A stretch of 63,908 nt of DNA, the filler included, from Octopus bimaculoides (Eukaryota), in the NCBI RefSeq assembly GCF_001194135.2. It is 5 parts of 4 records of this genome, joined end to end, with 100 filler letters (N's around TTAATTAATTAA, not from the genome) between each part and the next. Parts side by side here need not be neighbours in the genome. Positions count along the whole stretch, not along the records: positions 15,558 to 35,008 come from NC_068997.1; positions 35,109 to 46,966 come from NC_068986.1; 3 more parts are not named here. The stretch is one strand, 5' to 3'. Made by a program: the position numbers and the translations under genes. How positions within the stretch are numbered: position 1 is the stretch's first letter; each line of letters begins with the position of its first letter. Under the pieces are notes generated by a model. The model was not told the origin of the DNA and ran no database searches. It worked only from the letters and a program-made list of their open reading frames with translations. This document shows, in pieces, positions 24,207 to 37,389 of the stretch.

Positions 24207-26822
24207 CATATAATGATCCCAACGTCTAAACATGAAGCTATATTAGTTTATTCTTCGTTATGATATTATTTAGGCGAATCAAACGCTAACAAATTCCTTT
24301 ATTTATATTTGGGAAGCGTTAGGAATGTTTCTGTTACTCTGTGTATATATATATACATGCATCCATTCACCTTTTAGTTTTACACTTCTCAGTGAATAAA
24401 ATATTTTTATTGATCCCCGCCGTCAATTTTTGACAAAGATTCTCTGAATATTTCAAGCCAATATTGACTTCAAATTTTGGCACAAGGCCAGCAGTTTCAG
24501 GGCTTGGTGCAGGTCGATTACATTGACCCGAGTGTTCAACTGGTACTTATTTTATCGATCCCGGAATGATGAAATGCAAAGTCGACCTAGATGGTATTTG
24601 AACTGAAAGCATAAAGAAGGGCAAAATACCGCTAAGCATTTTGCTATTCGTGTTAACTATTTTACCAAATCACCGCTCTGATTTCAGACACATATTGACT
24701 TGAAGCTATGGTACACGATCAGAAATTTCGGGGCTGGAGGTAAGTCTATAACATGGGCCCCAGTGTTCAACTGGTACTTATTTTATCGACTCCGGAAGGA
24801 CGATAGTCGAAGTCCATTTTATGAACTCAGAACGTGTACGAAATGTCGCTAAGTATTTTTTCCGGCGTGCAAGCGATTCTGTCCGCTCACCGCCTTATTT
24901 TAAAGAAATATTGAATCTCGAAATGTTTATTAAAGTATTTTGCTAATAACTCATGCTTATATTCAAATGCCTAAACTTGTATAACTTGTATAGTATACCA
25001 ACGAAAAATCATAAATACATAATTAATATCGAAAAAACACGTTTTTGATTACTTATAAATTTACTGAAGCGAATATGTCTTTTGAAGTGTCGAATTTCCT
25101 TCTAGTTTTCAATCCTGAGTAACTTAACAAGTATCATATGCATCAAGTTAGGTTATTCTTGAACTGTTCATGCATTATCAATAATGGCCAGGTTGGTAAA
25201 ATATCCATTATTGTCTGACCCATGAAAACTGTATTCCTATTACATTATAAATGGAAGGGTGAGAGCGCAGGCGTCTCACATGAATTGTCAAATGAGAACA
25301 AATATGAGGGTGAAAGTTCGCATCTGTGATTAAAACAGTGTTCTATCGAAGCTAATTGACTTACATTTGACAACTACGCTTTAGCTTTAGGTTGGTTCCA
25401 ATGGAAATTGGCTGCATAAAATGGGAAATCTTCATACTATAAAAAATTATGAATGTTTCTTTAACTTACAGCCATGCTTGTGCGTGCGCGCGTGTGTGTG
25501 TATGTGCATGTGTGGNNNNNNNNNNGTGTGTGTGTGTGTGTGTGTGAATGTATGTGTGCTTATGTGCGTATATATATGTGTGTGTATGTGTGTGTGTGTG
25601 TGTGTGTGTGCGCGTGGGTGTGTGTGTATGTATAGATATGTATATATGTATCTTTTATTTGATTCATTGGACGGCGGTCATATTGGGGCACCCCAGTGAA
25701 AGGTATTGGGATTTATTCTATCGATGCCTTTTCTTAGTCCCTCTTTACTTTTTCGACCAAATCCTTTCTTTCTACTTCCTTCTCGAAATACTTATAAAAT
25801 ATCTGGTAATCTACTCAACTCTAGACTTTAGTTCTCTGTAAAATAATGCAATAAAATGCTCCCTGACGATCCGCTGTTGTTAAGCATCCACTGGCGACTT
25901 GCAACGCAGAGATCCAAACAATTACAATAGTGAAACATGTGTTCATTGTAATTTCTCGTATAGAACCTGAAGTGTTGTTAACCGTCTTGTTATCTAATAT
26001 CCAGTGCGAAACCAATAGGTAAAATCGACTGAAATGGATCTACAATACTGTATACACTGATTAATACACCCACTGTATTGACACATATATACGAGGCATA
26101 TTTTTCTGACTTATAGATTCTTAAACAATCATATATATATATATATATATATAGACGTGTATGCGTGTGTATGTGTGTGTGTATGTGTGTGTGTGTGTAT
26201 GTGCGTGTACTTATATATATATATATATATATATANNNNNNNNNNNNNNNNNNNNNNNNNNNNNNNNNNNNNNNNNNNNNNNNNNNNNNNNNNNNNNNNN
26301 NNNNNNNNNNNNNNNNNNNNNNNNNNNNNNNNNNNNNNNNNNNNNNNNNNNNNNNNNNNNNNNNNNNNNNNNNNNNNNNNNNTATATAAGTGACTTCAAA
26401 GCTTCGGACAGCTAAGCTATCGTTGGGCAGTCTGACGATGGCGTAGATGTCAACAATAAGAATATTAAGAATGATAAAATTGTACTCTACAAAAGTATAG
26501 AGTAACTCATCGCATTAATGTTAAAATTGTTTTCATTACAACTGAACATAAACATTAATATAAAATTATATAATATATATTATTTTATAATATAACACAA
26601 TATGATGCACACACACACGCACACACGCACATACACACATAAACACACACATACGCATACATGTATGAGAAATTATGATAAATACGTTTATATTGTCAGT
26701 TTCTACGTATCGTATGTTTCACTATAATGATTGCATGGAACGTTGGTTCTCTGTAATTCGATGTAATGGCGATTCATTTTAGGTTGCCGTCCATATGAAC
26801 TTTGAATACTCAGCGCAGGTTT

Positions 26823-28999
26823 CACTGTGCAACAAATTTCAGGTTAAAAAAAAGTACAAGTTGAGTAAGACTTGTTTCTGGGTCAAAAACTGTCCTGATT
26901 CTGATTCTGAGCTTTATTTCTCCAGATTAGGCACAGTTTTCCTGTACCATGAACCATATGATTTATAATATAATGCATAATATTCCGTATTGAACACAAC
27001 ATTGCAAATACTGAAAGATTACACAAAACAAAACAAAAATTTAGTTGGTATAACAAAACATATATTGGTTATGAATTAAAAACACTCCTGTCAGTTTAAA
27101 CAACTTTTGTCCTTCTAAGCCTCTTGTGCGGAGTGTGATGATCTATTTTTATACCCCAGCAGTACTCTGCCAACACGCCAGGGTTCCATTTTCCTTTGAA
27201 TCGTTACTCCATCACTGAAATATCATGATGGAATCTTTCGCCATGTTTATCCCTCACATCACCAAGATTTTCCGCAAAAAAATCCAAATGAGAGTGAAGC
27301 ACATGAACGTTTAGAGACATGTTACATCCCATATCATGATAATGACTCAGCAGATCGTTCACAACATGCACATAGTCTTCTGAACGATGGTTGCCCAGGA
27401 AGTTATCACAAACTTTCTTGAATGACTCAAAAGCAAGCTTCTCTTTTCTCTTGAGATGTGTGATGAAGGTTTCATCAAGTACAATTTTTCGAATTTGGGG
27501 ACCTATGAAGAAACCTTCTTTAATTTTAGCTTGACTCAGGGAAAGGAACTTTTCTGCAAGATATGCAAATGCGGAGGATCCCTTGTCCAAGGCTTTCACA
27601 AATTGCCTAAACAAACCAAGTTTAATATGCAAAGGTGGTAAATAAATTTTATCACGTTTCACAAGTGATTTGTGCATGATGTGTTCTCCTTGCTCAATTT
27701 CATCTCGGATCAGCCAATCCTTGCGTACATAATGTTTAGCTCTTACTCCGGGATTCCATAGTCAGAGGAAGCAGCAAAATTCAGTATATCCAAGCTGAAG
27801 GCCAGTAAGCATGGCCACAACCTTAAAATCTGCACAAATATGCCAGGTATGGTCATCATACTGTATGCCTGTTAGAATTGCTTTCAGATTTTCATATGAT
27901 TCTTTCATGGTTGTGCTATAAGCTATGGAAACAGAAGGCAGAGTGTTACCATTGTGTAGCAGAACAGCTTTGATACTGTGATGTCCTTGGATACATTTAT
28001 GAAAAGTCGCCAGTTGGTTTTACCATATGGTATTTCCAGTTGCTCAAAAAGTTCAGTGATGTCATTACAAAGGCATAAGTCATCCTTCATGGTGAATAAN
28101 NNNNNNNNNNNNNNNNNNNNNNNNNNNNNNNNNNNNNNNNNNNNNNNNNNNNNNNNNNNNNNNNNNNNNNNNNNNNNNNNNNNNNNNNNNNNNNNNNNNN
28201 NNNNNNNNNNNNNNNNNNNNNNNNNNNNNNNNNNNNNNNNNNNNNNNNNNNNNNNNNNNNNNNNNNNNNNNNNNNNNNNNNNNNNNNNNNNNNNNNNNNN
28301 NNNNNNNNNNNNNNNNNNNNNNNNNNNNNNNNNNNNNNNNNNNNNNNNNNNNNNNNNNNNNNNNNNNNNNNNNNNNNNNNNNNNNNNNNNNNNNNNNNNN
28401 NNNNNNNNNNNNNNNNNNNNNNNNNNNNNNNNNNNNNNNNNNNNNNNNNNNNNNNNNNNNNNNNNNNNNNNNNNNNNNNNNNACTTCATGTAAATTTTTT
28501 TTCCTGCATACCAGGCACTCAATGTCTTCACACATGTAAGGCAACACACATGAGGAGCCCATAACTTATCCTGGTCTCCTAAATAACAATCGAAGTACGC
28601 CTTGTATATTTTCTTGATATGTCGTGTAACACATCACTTTTCTTTAGCAAAAGTCAATTCCCCACAGATATAACAGAATCTGTTTGGATAATTTTTGTAC
28701 TGTCTTGCACTCATTGTTGTAAACAAATAAGATCTGAAAGATAAAAACTAACATTAAACACAAGCTTTGAATCACATTGTAGGTGTTACTAAGATTGGTG
28801 TCTAGCCCAGGGTTGAAATCCATTTTACAATGCGGTAGAAAATTTTATTTAATAATAATGACAAAAAGGGTATACAGTGACAATTCTGTACAAACCATGC
28901 CTAATTCAACAAAAAGAAAGCCAGAAATGGATTTCTCATGTCATTTTGCATATAAAAATGGCTACAGATCTCTTGTACTTTTTTGAGTGTTGCACAGTG
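26823..28999 (-). mobile_element. Chapaev3 (CMC superfamily) DNA transposon, near full length, inactive
   Basis: TIRs CACTGTGCAACA at both ends, TTT on both flanks; N-terminal FCYICG..AYF...LGDQDKLWAPHVCC..C and C-terminal LPPLHIKLGL...GPQIR...HSHLDFF..N...HGERFH.DI motifs; internal stops and an N gap. Confidence 0.85.
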
Positions 29000-29289
29000 T
29001 TTTCAAGCAACCAGAATGGTGAAATGTACGCAGGCATTAAAGATATAAACTTGTGTCCATCTTTATTTCGCTTATACGACTACGTGTAGTAGTTACTCAA
29101 CTGCTATAACGAAAGTTGGCAAATATAAGACGAGCGCAAACCTCCGATAGGGCAACATCAAAGTCCTCTCAACGATTAGCCGGAGATGATTTTTAAACTG
29201 TGTAAAAATTAAGTTAAAAAAATAAAAACAACACAGTAATCCAGAATCCTTGTCCGGTACCTGATCGATCCCAATGGTACACATGGAAT

Positions 29290-29550
29290 GTGGAGGTGGG
29301 TGTGAAGGCCATGTTTGTAATGCTGTGTGCGTGTCGTCTGCAGTGGTAAAAGGGACAGTTTTTTCTATGAAGGCCTTTTTTTAGTCTATCCATTGATGTA
29401 GTGTCTTTATCACCATTAAGGTCTATAGTCAAAAAACTATGCGTGCGTGAAAGAAAACAGAAAGGACCTGCATACGGTACTGTTAATGGGGATTTAAAAG
29501 AATCGTTGCGCACAAAAAGGTGAGTCCAAGATGTAAAGCTTCCTTCAAGG
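29290..29550 (-). mobile_element. Gypsy LTR-retrotransposon integrase C-terminal (GPY/F) fragment
   Basis: THLFVRNDSFKSPLTVPYAGPF....THSFLTIDLNGDKDTTSMDRLK; one-base frameshift in a T run. Confidence 0.75.
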
Positions 29551-29921
29551 CAGAGCTAGAAATGCAATTTTCAAGTAGGTAAGAGGTTTTAAACGAGCTA
29601 TATATTCAAAATTGGTAAAACTAAAAATTGTCGAACACAAATTAAATTTATTATTGTTACTGAATATGTTAGTGCTATTTAATTTCTGAACGGTTTCGTT
29701 ACCGTTTGTTTATATAGTTTGATTTCTTTATCCATCAATTTCTACTAAGATAGAGACGCGAGTAAATTTAATAATCGAGAAACGAAAACAAAAGTTTAGA
29801 AACAGCAACGCCACCGTAGCTTACGTGAAACCATGAGCGTGCTTTCAAGGGAGAAAATCAGAGAATGACTTGAAAGAACGTAAGATTGTAATATTTCATG
29901 TAAAGTAAAGTAAATATAACA

Positions 29922-30108
29922 AATAATCCAGAATCCTTGTCCGGTACCGGATCGATCCAAAATCTAACCCCCAGTTACGAGGTCAAACATCACTGAAAGT
30001 TTCATCCGAATCCATCCAGCGGTTCTTGAGATATCTTGTCCATAGACAAACAAACAAACAAACACAACTGAAAACAATACCCCCCGCCATCGCTAAGGTG
30101 GAGGTAAT
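29922..30108 (+). mobile_element. Helentron/HINE-like non-autonomous element (tentative)
   Basis: TTTCATCCGAATCCATCC..., (AAAC)n and a 3' GC-rich hairpin ending GGAGGTAAT; partial second copy near 29236-29278. Confidence 0.45.
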
Positions 30109-30166
30109 AATCTAGGTGGAGCACTAAACATAACAGAAGCGGTCGTATATCTATTTGTGCATAGAA

Positions 30167-30231
<65 letters not shown>

Positions 30232-30649
30232 TTATCTATCTATCTGTGCGTCTATCTTCTATACCCACCTACCTACCTACCTACCTACCTACCTACCTAC
30301 CTACCTACCTACCTACCTACCTACATATCTATCTATCTATCTATCTATCTATCTANNNNNNNNNNNNNNNNNNNNNNNNNNNNNNNNNNNNNNNNNNNNN
30401 NNNNNNNNNNNNNNNNNNNNNNNNNNNNNNNNNNNNNNNNNNNNNNNNNNNNNNNNNNNNNNNNNNNNNNNNNNNNNNNNNNNNNNNNNNNNNNNNNNNN
30501 NNNNNNNNNNNNNNNNNNNNNNNNNNNNNNNNNNNNNNNNNNNNNNNNNNNNNNNNNNNNNNNNNNNNNNNNNNNNNNNNNNNNNNNNNNNNNNNNNNNN
30601 NNNNNNNNNNNNNNNNNNNNNNNNNNNNNNNNNNNNNNNNNNNNNNNNN

Positions 30650-31020
30650 CAAGGCAATTTTCATCGTACTAGTGACTATGGTGAAAGAATGTGTAGGATG
30701 TACTCGCTTGAAGTGCTTACAGACAAATACTTTCCTCTCTGGCCAACCTCTCATCAACTTTTTCAAGTATTACTTGAAAAGGAAGGTGAGAGTTAACTGC
30801 GGAAGGTAGAACCGGACGTGCGGTGACCACACCTGCTCTCCGTCCAGGTAAAGCCCGAGGTACCTCAACCTTAACGCGAATTTTCGCATCCTCAGCCAAG
30901 GCATCCCTATCCCACTCCTTAGTGGTTTCTGGCAGCAGACAGAGCGCTTCACAAGTGGCTTTCCACCCTTCCACAAAAAGCGGAAAAGGATTCTCTCCAA
31001 CTTGTTCAGTCACAAATCGG
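30650..31020. mobile_element. Tx1/L1-clade LINE fragments in opposite orientations
   Basis: Plus strand KAIFIVLV...LINFFKYYLKRKVR (30650-30795); minus strand ERILFRFLWKG...CQ.P...G.G.P (30795-31020); same family as 41235-42420. Confidence 0.75.
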
Positions 31021-31466
31021 AGTAATTAGTAGATGAAAACGATGTAATGGGGGTACATGCATGATTCACTAGGTCTCCTCAGAGATTTACAAAATTCAAT
31101 TCATGAATTTCGCAAAATTTATATACAAATATAAAATAACAATAAAAAAATAAAGAATAAAAATATAAGGCATATAAAAACATACAAAATGTATATAAAA
31201 AAACTATATACAGTTATAAAAACTCATAGATACATGCACATGCTTGTATACATTACCATCTACAGATATACATGGATACAAAGACATAAACACAGGAGTA
31301 CATATATGTGTGCTCAGATGCACATACACAGATGGCTGTACATGCATACCAAAATAGTCAACAGTCACTGTTACCATATGTGAGGGGGACAGTGACTGTT
31401 GACTATTTTGGGCACCCTCCCAGCAGTATATAGTGGGTTGAATCCTCAACCCCTAACTCTCTTGGA

Positions 31467-31498
<32 letters not shown>

Positions 31499-32115
31499 NN
31501 NNNNNNNNNNNNNNNNNNNNNNNNNNNNNNNNNNNNNNNNNNNNNNNNNNNNNNNNNNNNNNNNNNNNNNNNNNNNNNNNNNNNNNNNNNNNNNNNNNNN
31601 NNNNNNNNNNNNNNNNNNNNNNNNNNNNNNNNNNNNNNNNNNNNNNNNNNNNNNNNNNNNNNNNNNNNNNNNNNNNNNNNNNNNNNNNNNNNNNNNNNNN
31701 NNNNNNNNNNNNNNNNNNNNNNNNNNNNNNNNNNNNNNNNNNNNNNNNNNNNNNNNNNNNNNNNNNNNNNNNNNNNNNNNNNNNNNNNNNNNNNNNNNNN
31801 NNNNNNNNNNNNNNNNNNNNNNNNNNNNNNNNNNNNNNNNNNNNNNNNNNNNNNNNNNNNNNNNNNNNNNNNNNNNNNNNNNNNNNNNNNNNNNNNNNNN
31901 NNNNNNNNNNNNNNNNNNNNNNNNNNNNNNNNNNNNNNNNNNNNNNNNNNNNNNNNNNNNNNNNNNNNNNNNNNNNNNNNNNNNNNNNNNNNNNNNNNNN
32001 NNNNNNNNNNNNNNNNNNNNNNNNNNNNNNNNNNNNNNNNNNNNNNNNNNNNNNNNNNNNNNNNNNNNNNNNNTATATATATATTTATTTATTTATTCCA
32101 ATGCGCATAATATGT

Positions 32116-32255
32116 ACTCTGATAGGGGCTGCAATCGCCCGGAACACCGAACCGAGAATTCCTGAGACTGACCAGCCAGTTTCGGCTATTTCCGTAGCCA
32201 TCTTCAATAAGGTTATCTCATTCGGTTGATTCCGGGCTAGTTCACCTATCAGAGT
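32116..32255. repeat. Imperfect foldback element with a degenerate hammerhead-like motif in the loop (minus strand)
   Basis: Arms ACTCTGATAGG..GCCCGGAA..CCGAA..GAGA; loop reads TTGAAGA-T-GGCTA(CGGAAA)TAGCC-GAAAC-TGGCTG-GTC. Confidence 0.5.
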
Positions 32256-33393
32256 TTATATATTCACCATAAATGTCTGTGGATGATTTAGCACATCGCT
32301 AATGTGTATACAAAAAAATTAATAAAAACAGCTGTTTGCAACGTTATACGGTAAAGGAAAATTATAGTCGTCAACTAAACTTTATTAAAGGTGTGAATAA
32401 CACCTGCATCGCTAGAAATAAAAGTTAAACTGCTTCACTGCTGTTGCAAAGCGCATAACATATATCCAGGTAGGGGCTGCTCTTAAATACAGAACTTAAA
32501 CAATTTAAACTGAATGTCAACGTGTTTTGCCAATATTCTGTTTCAATAAAACACGCACACGCATATCTCAAGATATTAGAATAATATTTGAAATTAAAAA
32601 AAGAAAAGAACGCAATATCAAACTTACACTCTCGGTGATAGATAATGAGTACATGTTTATAAGACTATTCAAAAGTGCCGTAAGCTAGGTTTTCCGTTAT
32701 TTTGGATGCTGTTATTTCGGAAGTCACGCCGTATCCTATTTCACTAATACATAGATCACGTGCTACGTTTGCAGTAATCATCTATAGCCAGAGTTCAGTC
32801 TGCAGTTTGGTTTATATTTTAATGCTGAGAGGAGAGGGGTAACAGTGATGTCTCTTAGTCCCTACCAAACTGGTAAAATTGATGTGATAGATGTTCAGCT
32901 TGGTGCCTTTAGGGAACACGGATTATTCTCTACGTGGTTTTTAGATCTACTAGAAATAGCCTCCACATCACCTTCAAATTCCATTTGCAGTCTTAAGAAA
33001 CAATGTCATATTCTTTAGCATAGTCAGAAGGAAAAGAAAGATGAAAGGAACCGGAGATATAGTTGCAGCACTGGAATTAAAACATACTATAACGAAATTC
33101 TTTCTAAGAAATGTTGTGTATTACACACGCACACACGCACGCGCGTGCGAGCGTACACACACACACGCACATGCGCGCGCAGACACACACATGTTTCCAG
33201 TTAGTTAATTCAAATGTACTGTAGTGTTTGTTACCTTGTTAATATTTTCTCATTTATCTCGTAATTTCTAAGTCTTCGGCGATAACATATATACTTAAGG
33301 CTTCGCCATCTTTAGAAAGATATTCTCAATAGTTTGAAATTAAATACCATTCTTATTAGTAAGAATTAACCAGGAATATTACAATAGATTATC

Positions 33394-33440
<47 letters not shown>

Positions 33441-33449
33441 GAATTAGAA

Positions 33450-34080
33450 GGCGGTGAGCTGTCAGAATCGACAGTACTCTGGTCAAAATGCTTAGCGGCT
33501 TTTCGTCCGGCTTTACTTCCTGTGTTCAAATACCGTCAAATCGACTTTGGCTTTCATCCTTTCGTGGTCGATTAAATAGATACCAGCTGAGCACTAGAGT
33601 CGATGTAATCGACTTTACCCTCCCTCGAAACTTTTGGTTGTTCTTTTCCAAAATTTGAAAGGATTATTACAAAGGCAGCGAGCCGGCAGACTACTTCTAC
33701 TTAGCACGCCAGACAAAGTGCTTAGCGGTATTTCTGTCGACGTTACGTTCTGAGTTCAAATACTAAGAGGTCGACTTTGCCTTTCATCGATAAAATAGAA
33801 ACCAGCTGATTACTGGGGTCGACGTAATCGACTTACTCTTGCCCCGAAATTGCTGGCCTTGTGCCAAAAATTTGAAACCATTATTATTGCGAATGTGTTG
33901 AGATAGCAGAATCGTTAGTATGCCGGATAAAATATTTAGCAGCTTTTCGTCCGTTTTTATGACCTGAGTTCAAATATCGCCAAGGTCGACTTTGCCTTTC
34001 ACTTTTTCGGGGTCGATAAAATAAGTACCACTCTAGCACTGGGGTTGATGTGGTCGACTTAGCCTCTCGCCCATAATTCC
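33450..34080 (+). mobile_element. Chain of three Meta-domain SINEs (family B)
   Basis: Each has a GAGCTGGCAGAATCG-like head and GTCGACTTTGCCTTTCATCC...GGTCGATAAAATAAGTACC Meta-like core; separated by short ATT runs. Confidence 0.8.
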
Positions 34081-34730
34081 AGGCATAGCCGCATTTATAG
34101 GGAGGCGGAAGGGACATGAAGGGGGCCTTCTCCTATGTACTTCTTTAAAAGATCTACTCAGTACGATCTCTCTAAAAATATAGTTTCTCCACTCAGCGAC
34201 AACAGATACTCAATGCAGATTGGATGGAGTAAATAAAAATAAGAAAAACGAAAGCTTTCTGAAAAATATTCAGTACTTTTTTATGCCTCTTATAATTTGA
34301 AATAATCAGAATAAATAGTTTGTGTATTTATTTTCATTTTTGCCTTTTCTTCTATTGTAGGTAAGTGTGTGTTTACTGATCTTGCAGTTGTGATGCTGTA
34401 ACTTCCTGATAAGGTATGGCTGATAGATAGACAGAAGTTGTTTGATCCTATGATGACCCGTCAGTTTCAGGTTTTTATTTTTTGTACTTGCAATTAAGAT
34501 ACACATACACATGCACGCACACAAACATACACAAACTAATACGCACTCACATACATTGCCACGCCCTACAGTAGTTATTTTTCTGTCGAAGCTGGTCGTA
34601 TTTACGAAAACAAGTAAAACTCTTTAAAATTTTTAATTTTCAATTTACTGTTTTAGTAATAAAATTTTCTCTTTCGTGCAACATCAACCCACAAATAAAA
34701 TCTGTTTTTGCTTCAGCTTTAGAATACGAC

Positions 34731-35008
34731 TTACTCATTTACTTGTTTCGGTCATTTGACTGCGGCCATGTTGGAGCACCGCCTTTAGTCGAGCAAATCG
34801 ACCCTAGGACTTATTCTTTGTAAGCCTAGTACTTATTCTAGCGGTCTCTTTTTGCCGAACCGCTAAGTTACGGGGACGTAAACACACCAGTATCGGTTGT
34901 CAAGTCATGGTGGGGGGGGGACAAACACAGACATACAAACATACAAACATACACACATATACATATACATATATATATATATATATATACATATATACGA
35001 CGGGCTTC
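34731..35008 (-). mobile_element. SINE family A, 3' half, cut by gap
   Basis: Reverse complement matches 965-1210; CpGs retained. Confidence 0.85.
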
Positions 35009-35200
35009 NNNNNNNNNNNNNNNNNNNNNNNNNNNNNNNNNNNNNNNNNNNNTTAATTAATTAANNNNNNNNNNNNNNNNNNNNNNNNNNNNNNNNNNNN
35101 NNNNNNNNTGCATTTGTACAAGTTGGATCCAAGTCTCACCCAGAGACCTCAAGAGACAACAAGTTAGAAGTTCATGTAGGTGTTATTATTATTATTATTA

Positions 35201-35234
<34 letters not shown>

Positions 35235-35251
35235 CATTATTATCATTATTA

Positions 35252-35303
<52 letters not shown>

Positions 35304-35586
35304 TAGTACAGAGTTCTTCATATTTCTCTTGTTGATGTTGTTCTTGTTGTAGCCAATACTAGCCCAGTGATCAGTCTATGCGACCCCATATACGCAGTCA
35401 CTGATGTCGTCCACTTCTGACCTGAAGCGTGCTCAACTTCTAACAGGAAGTATCAGTGATAACACGCCACGATCTGCTACTGGCTTACTAACAGGATGCT
35501 AATTAACGTAATTAAGGAACCGGGTCACCACTTAATTACCACCCGTGCATAATCTATTTACCCTTCTGACGTCTCTCTGTCTCTTC

Positions 35587-35679
<93 letters not shown>

Positions 35680-35680
35680 A

Positions 35681-35740
<60 letters not shown>

Positions 35741-35922
35741 GGAGTAAGCACATGAAATGTGCAACAAGGTGATATATATATATCAATGACTATTGAAAAT
35801 GTTGCAAGACGCAACGAACATTTTAGAAAATATAAGTAAATGAGTGGAAATCGAACCGGTGCATGTATTAAATAAATAAGGCACAAAAGAGAAGGACTCT
35901 CCCAAGACAATAATATATATAA

Positions 35923-36183
35923 GTGTGGCTTAGTGGTTAAGGCATTCGGCTCACGATCCTAAGGTCGTGAGTTCAAATCCCAGCGACGCGTGGTGTCCTT
36001 GAGGAAGACACTTTATTTCACGTTGCTCCAGTCCACTCAGCTGGCAAAAATGAGTCGTACCTGTATTTCAAAGGGCCAGCCTTGTCACACTCTGTGTCAC
36101 GCTGAATCTGCCCGAGAACTACGTTAAGGGGACACGTGTCCGTGGAGTCCTCAGTACGTTAATTTCACGAGCAGGCTGTTCCG
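35923..36183 (+). mobile_element. SINE family C, cut by gap
   Basis: A/B boxes, GTGTCCTTGAG..AGACACTT and TTGCTCCAGTCCACTCAGCTG core. Confidence 0.85.
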
Positions 36184-36583
36184 NNNNNNNNNNNNNNNNN
36201 NNNNNNNNNNNNNNNNNNNNNNNNNNNNNNNNNNNNNNNNNNNNNNNNNNNNNNNNNNNNNNNNNNNNNNNNNNNNNNNNNNNNNNNNNNNNNNNNNNNN
36301 NNNNNNNNNNNNNNNNNNNNNNNNNNNNNNNNNNNNNNNNNNNNNNNNNNNNNNNNNNNNNNNNNNNNNNNNNNNNNNNNNNNNNNNNNNNNNNNNNNNN
36401 NNNNNNNNNNNNNNNNNNNNNNNNNNNNNNNNNNNNNNNNNNNNNNNNNNNNNNNNNNNNNNGTGTGTGTGTGTGTGTGAATATATATATGTCAGGGTGC
36501 TGTGTACTTCCTATTCGTGTCCCTCCAGTTAGCTAGAATATCAGAGACAACAGCAAATGATGTTAATTTTACGAAAGACTCAA

Positions 36584-36800
36584 GGCGGCGAGCTGGCAGA
36601 AACGTTAGCACGCCGGGCGAAATGCTTAGTGGTATTTCATCTGTCTTTACGTTCCGAGTTCAAATTCCGCTGAGGTTAACTTTGCCTTTCATCCTTTCGG
36701 AGTCGATAGATTGAGTACCATTTATGTACTGGGGTCGAACCAATCCACTGGCCCTCTCCCCCAAAATTTCTGGCCTTATGCCTAGAGTAGAAAAGAATTT
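36584..36800 (+). mobile_element. Meta-domain SINE (family B)
   Basis: GGCGGCGAGCTGGCAGAAACGTTAGCACG head and Meta-like core; minus-strand copy at 37075-37265. Confidence 0.85.
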
Positions 36801-37389
36801 TACGACAGGCTGTCAGTATATTTGGGGTCTGCCTATCCATCAGTGTTTTGTGTGTGGGTGTGTATAAAATACGGATTCAGGGAATTATGCGGCTGTCACT
36901 ATCAGCTCCTTATTGGGAATCAGCCATCAGCCAACGAAGTAATCAGAGTGAAACACATGCACACGTATGATACGTGCCTGTACATATATATAGTGTACAT
37001 CATGTGTACTGGATTCTCGTGTCGGATTCGACGTGTGAGGGTCTGACTGCTAATATATATTTATTTATTTATTGCCCACAGGGGGAAGGGGGCTAAACAC
37101 AGAAGGGACGAACAAGGACAGACAAAGGGATTAAGTCGATTACATCGACCCCAGTGCGTAACTGGTACTTATTTAATCGACCCCCGAAAGGATGAAAGGC
37201 AAAATCGACCTCGGCGAAATTTGAACTCAGAACGTAACGGCAGACGATTCTGCCTGCTCGCCGCTATCTGACCGCTAATATAGCTGTTAGACTAACCACA
37301 CACATGATTTATTTTCGGTGTTGACACCTTATGCGGGACCAGCGACACTATTTAGAAATGCTGAAAGAAGAAGGTGCAAACGTTTCGAC

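Noticed and set aside
25821-26015. Signal-peptide-like MNTCFTIVIVWISALQVASG
   Set aside because: No suitable donor site follows; such short hydrophobic stretches are common by chance in AT-rich DNA.
29385-29519. Plus-strand 135-nt symmetric exon with good splice sites
   Set aside because: The opposite strand encodes a recognisable Gypsy integrase GPY/F region, which explains the open frame.
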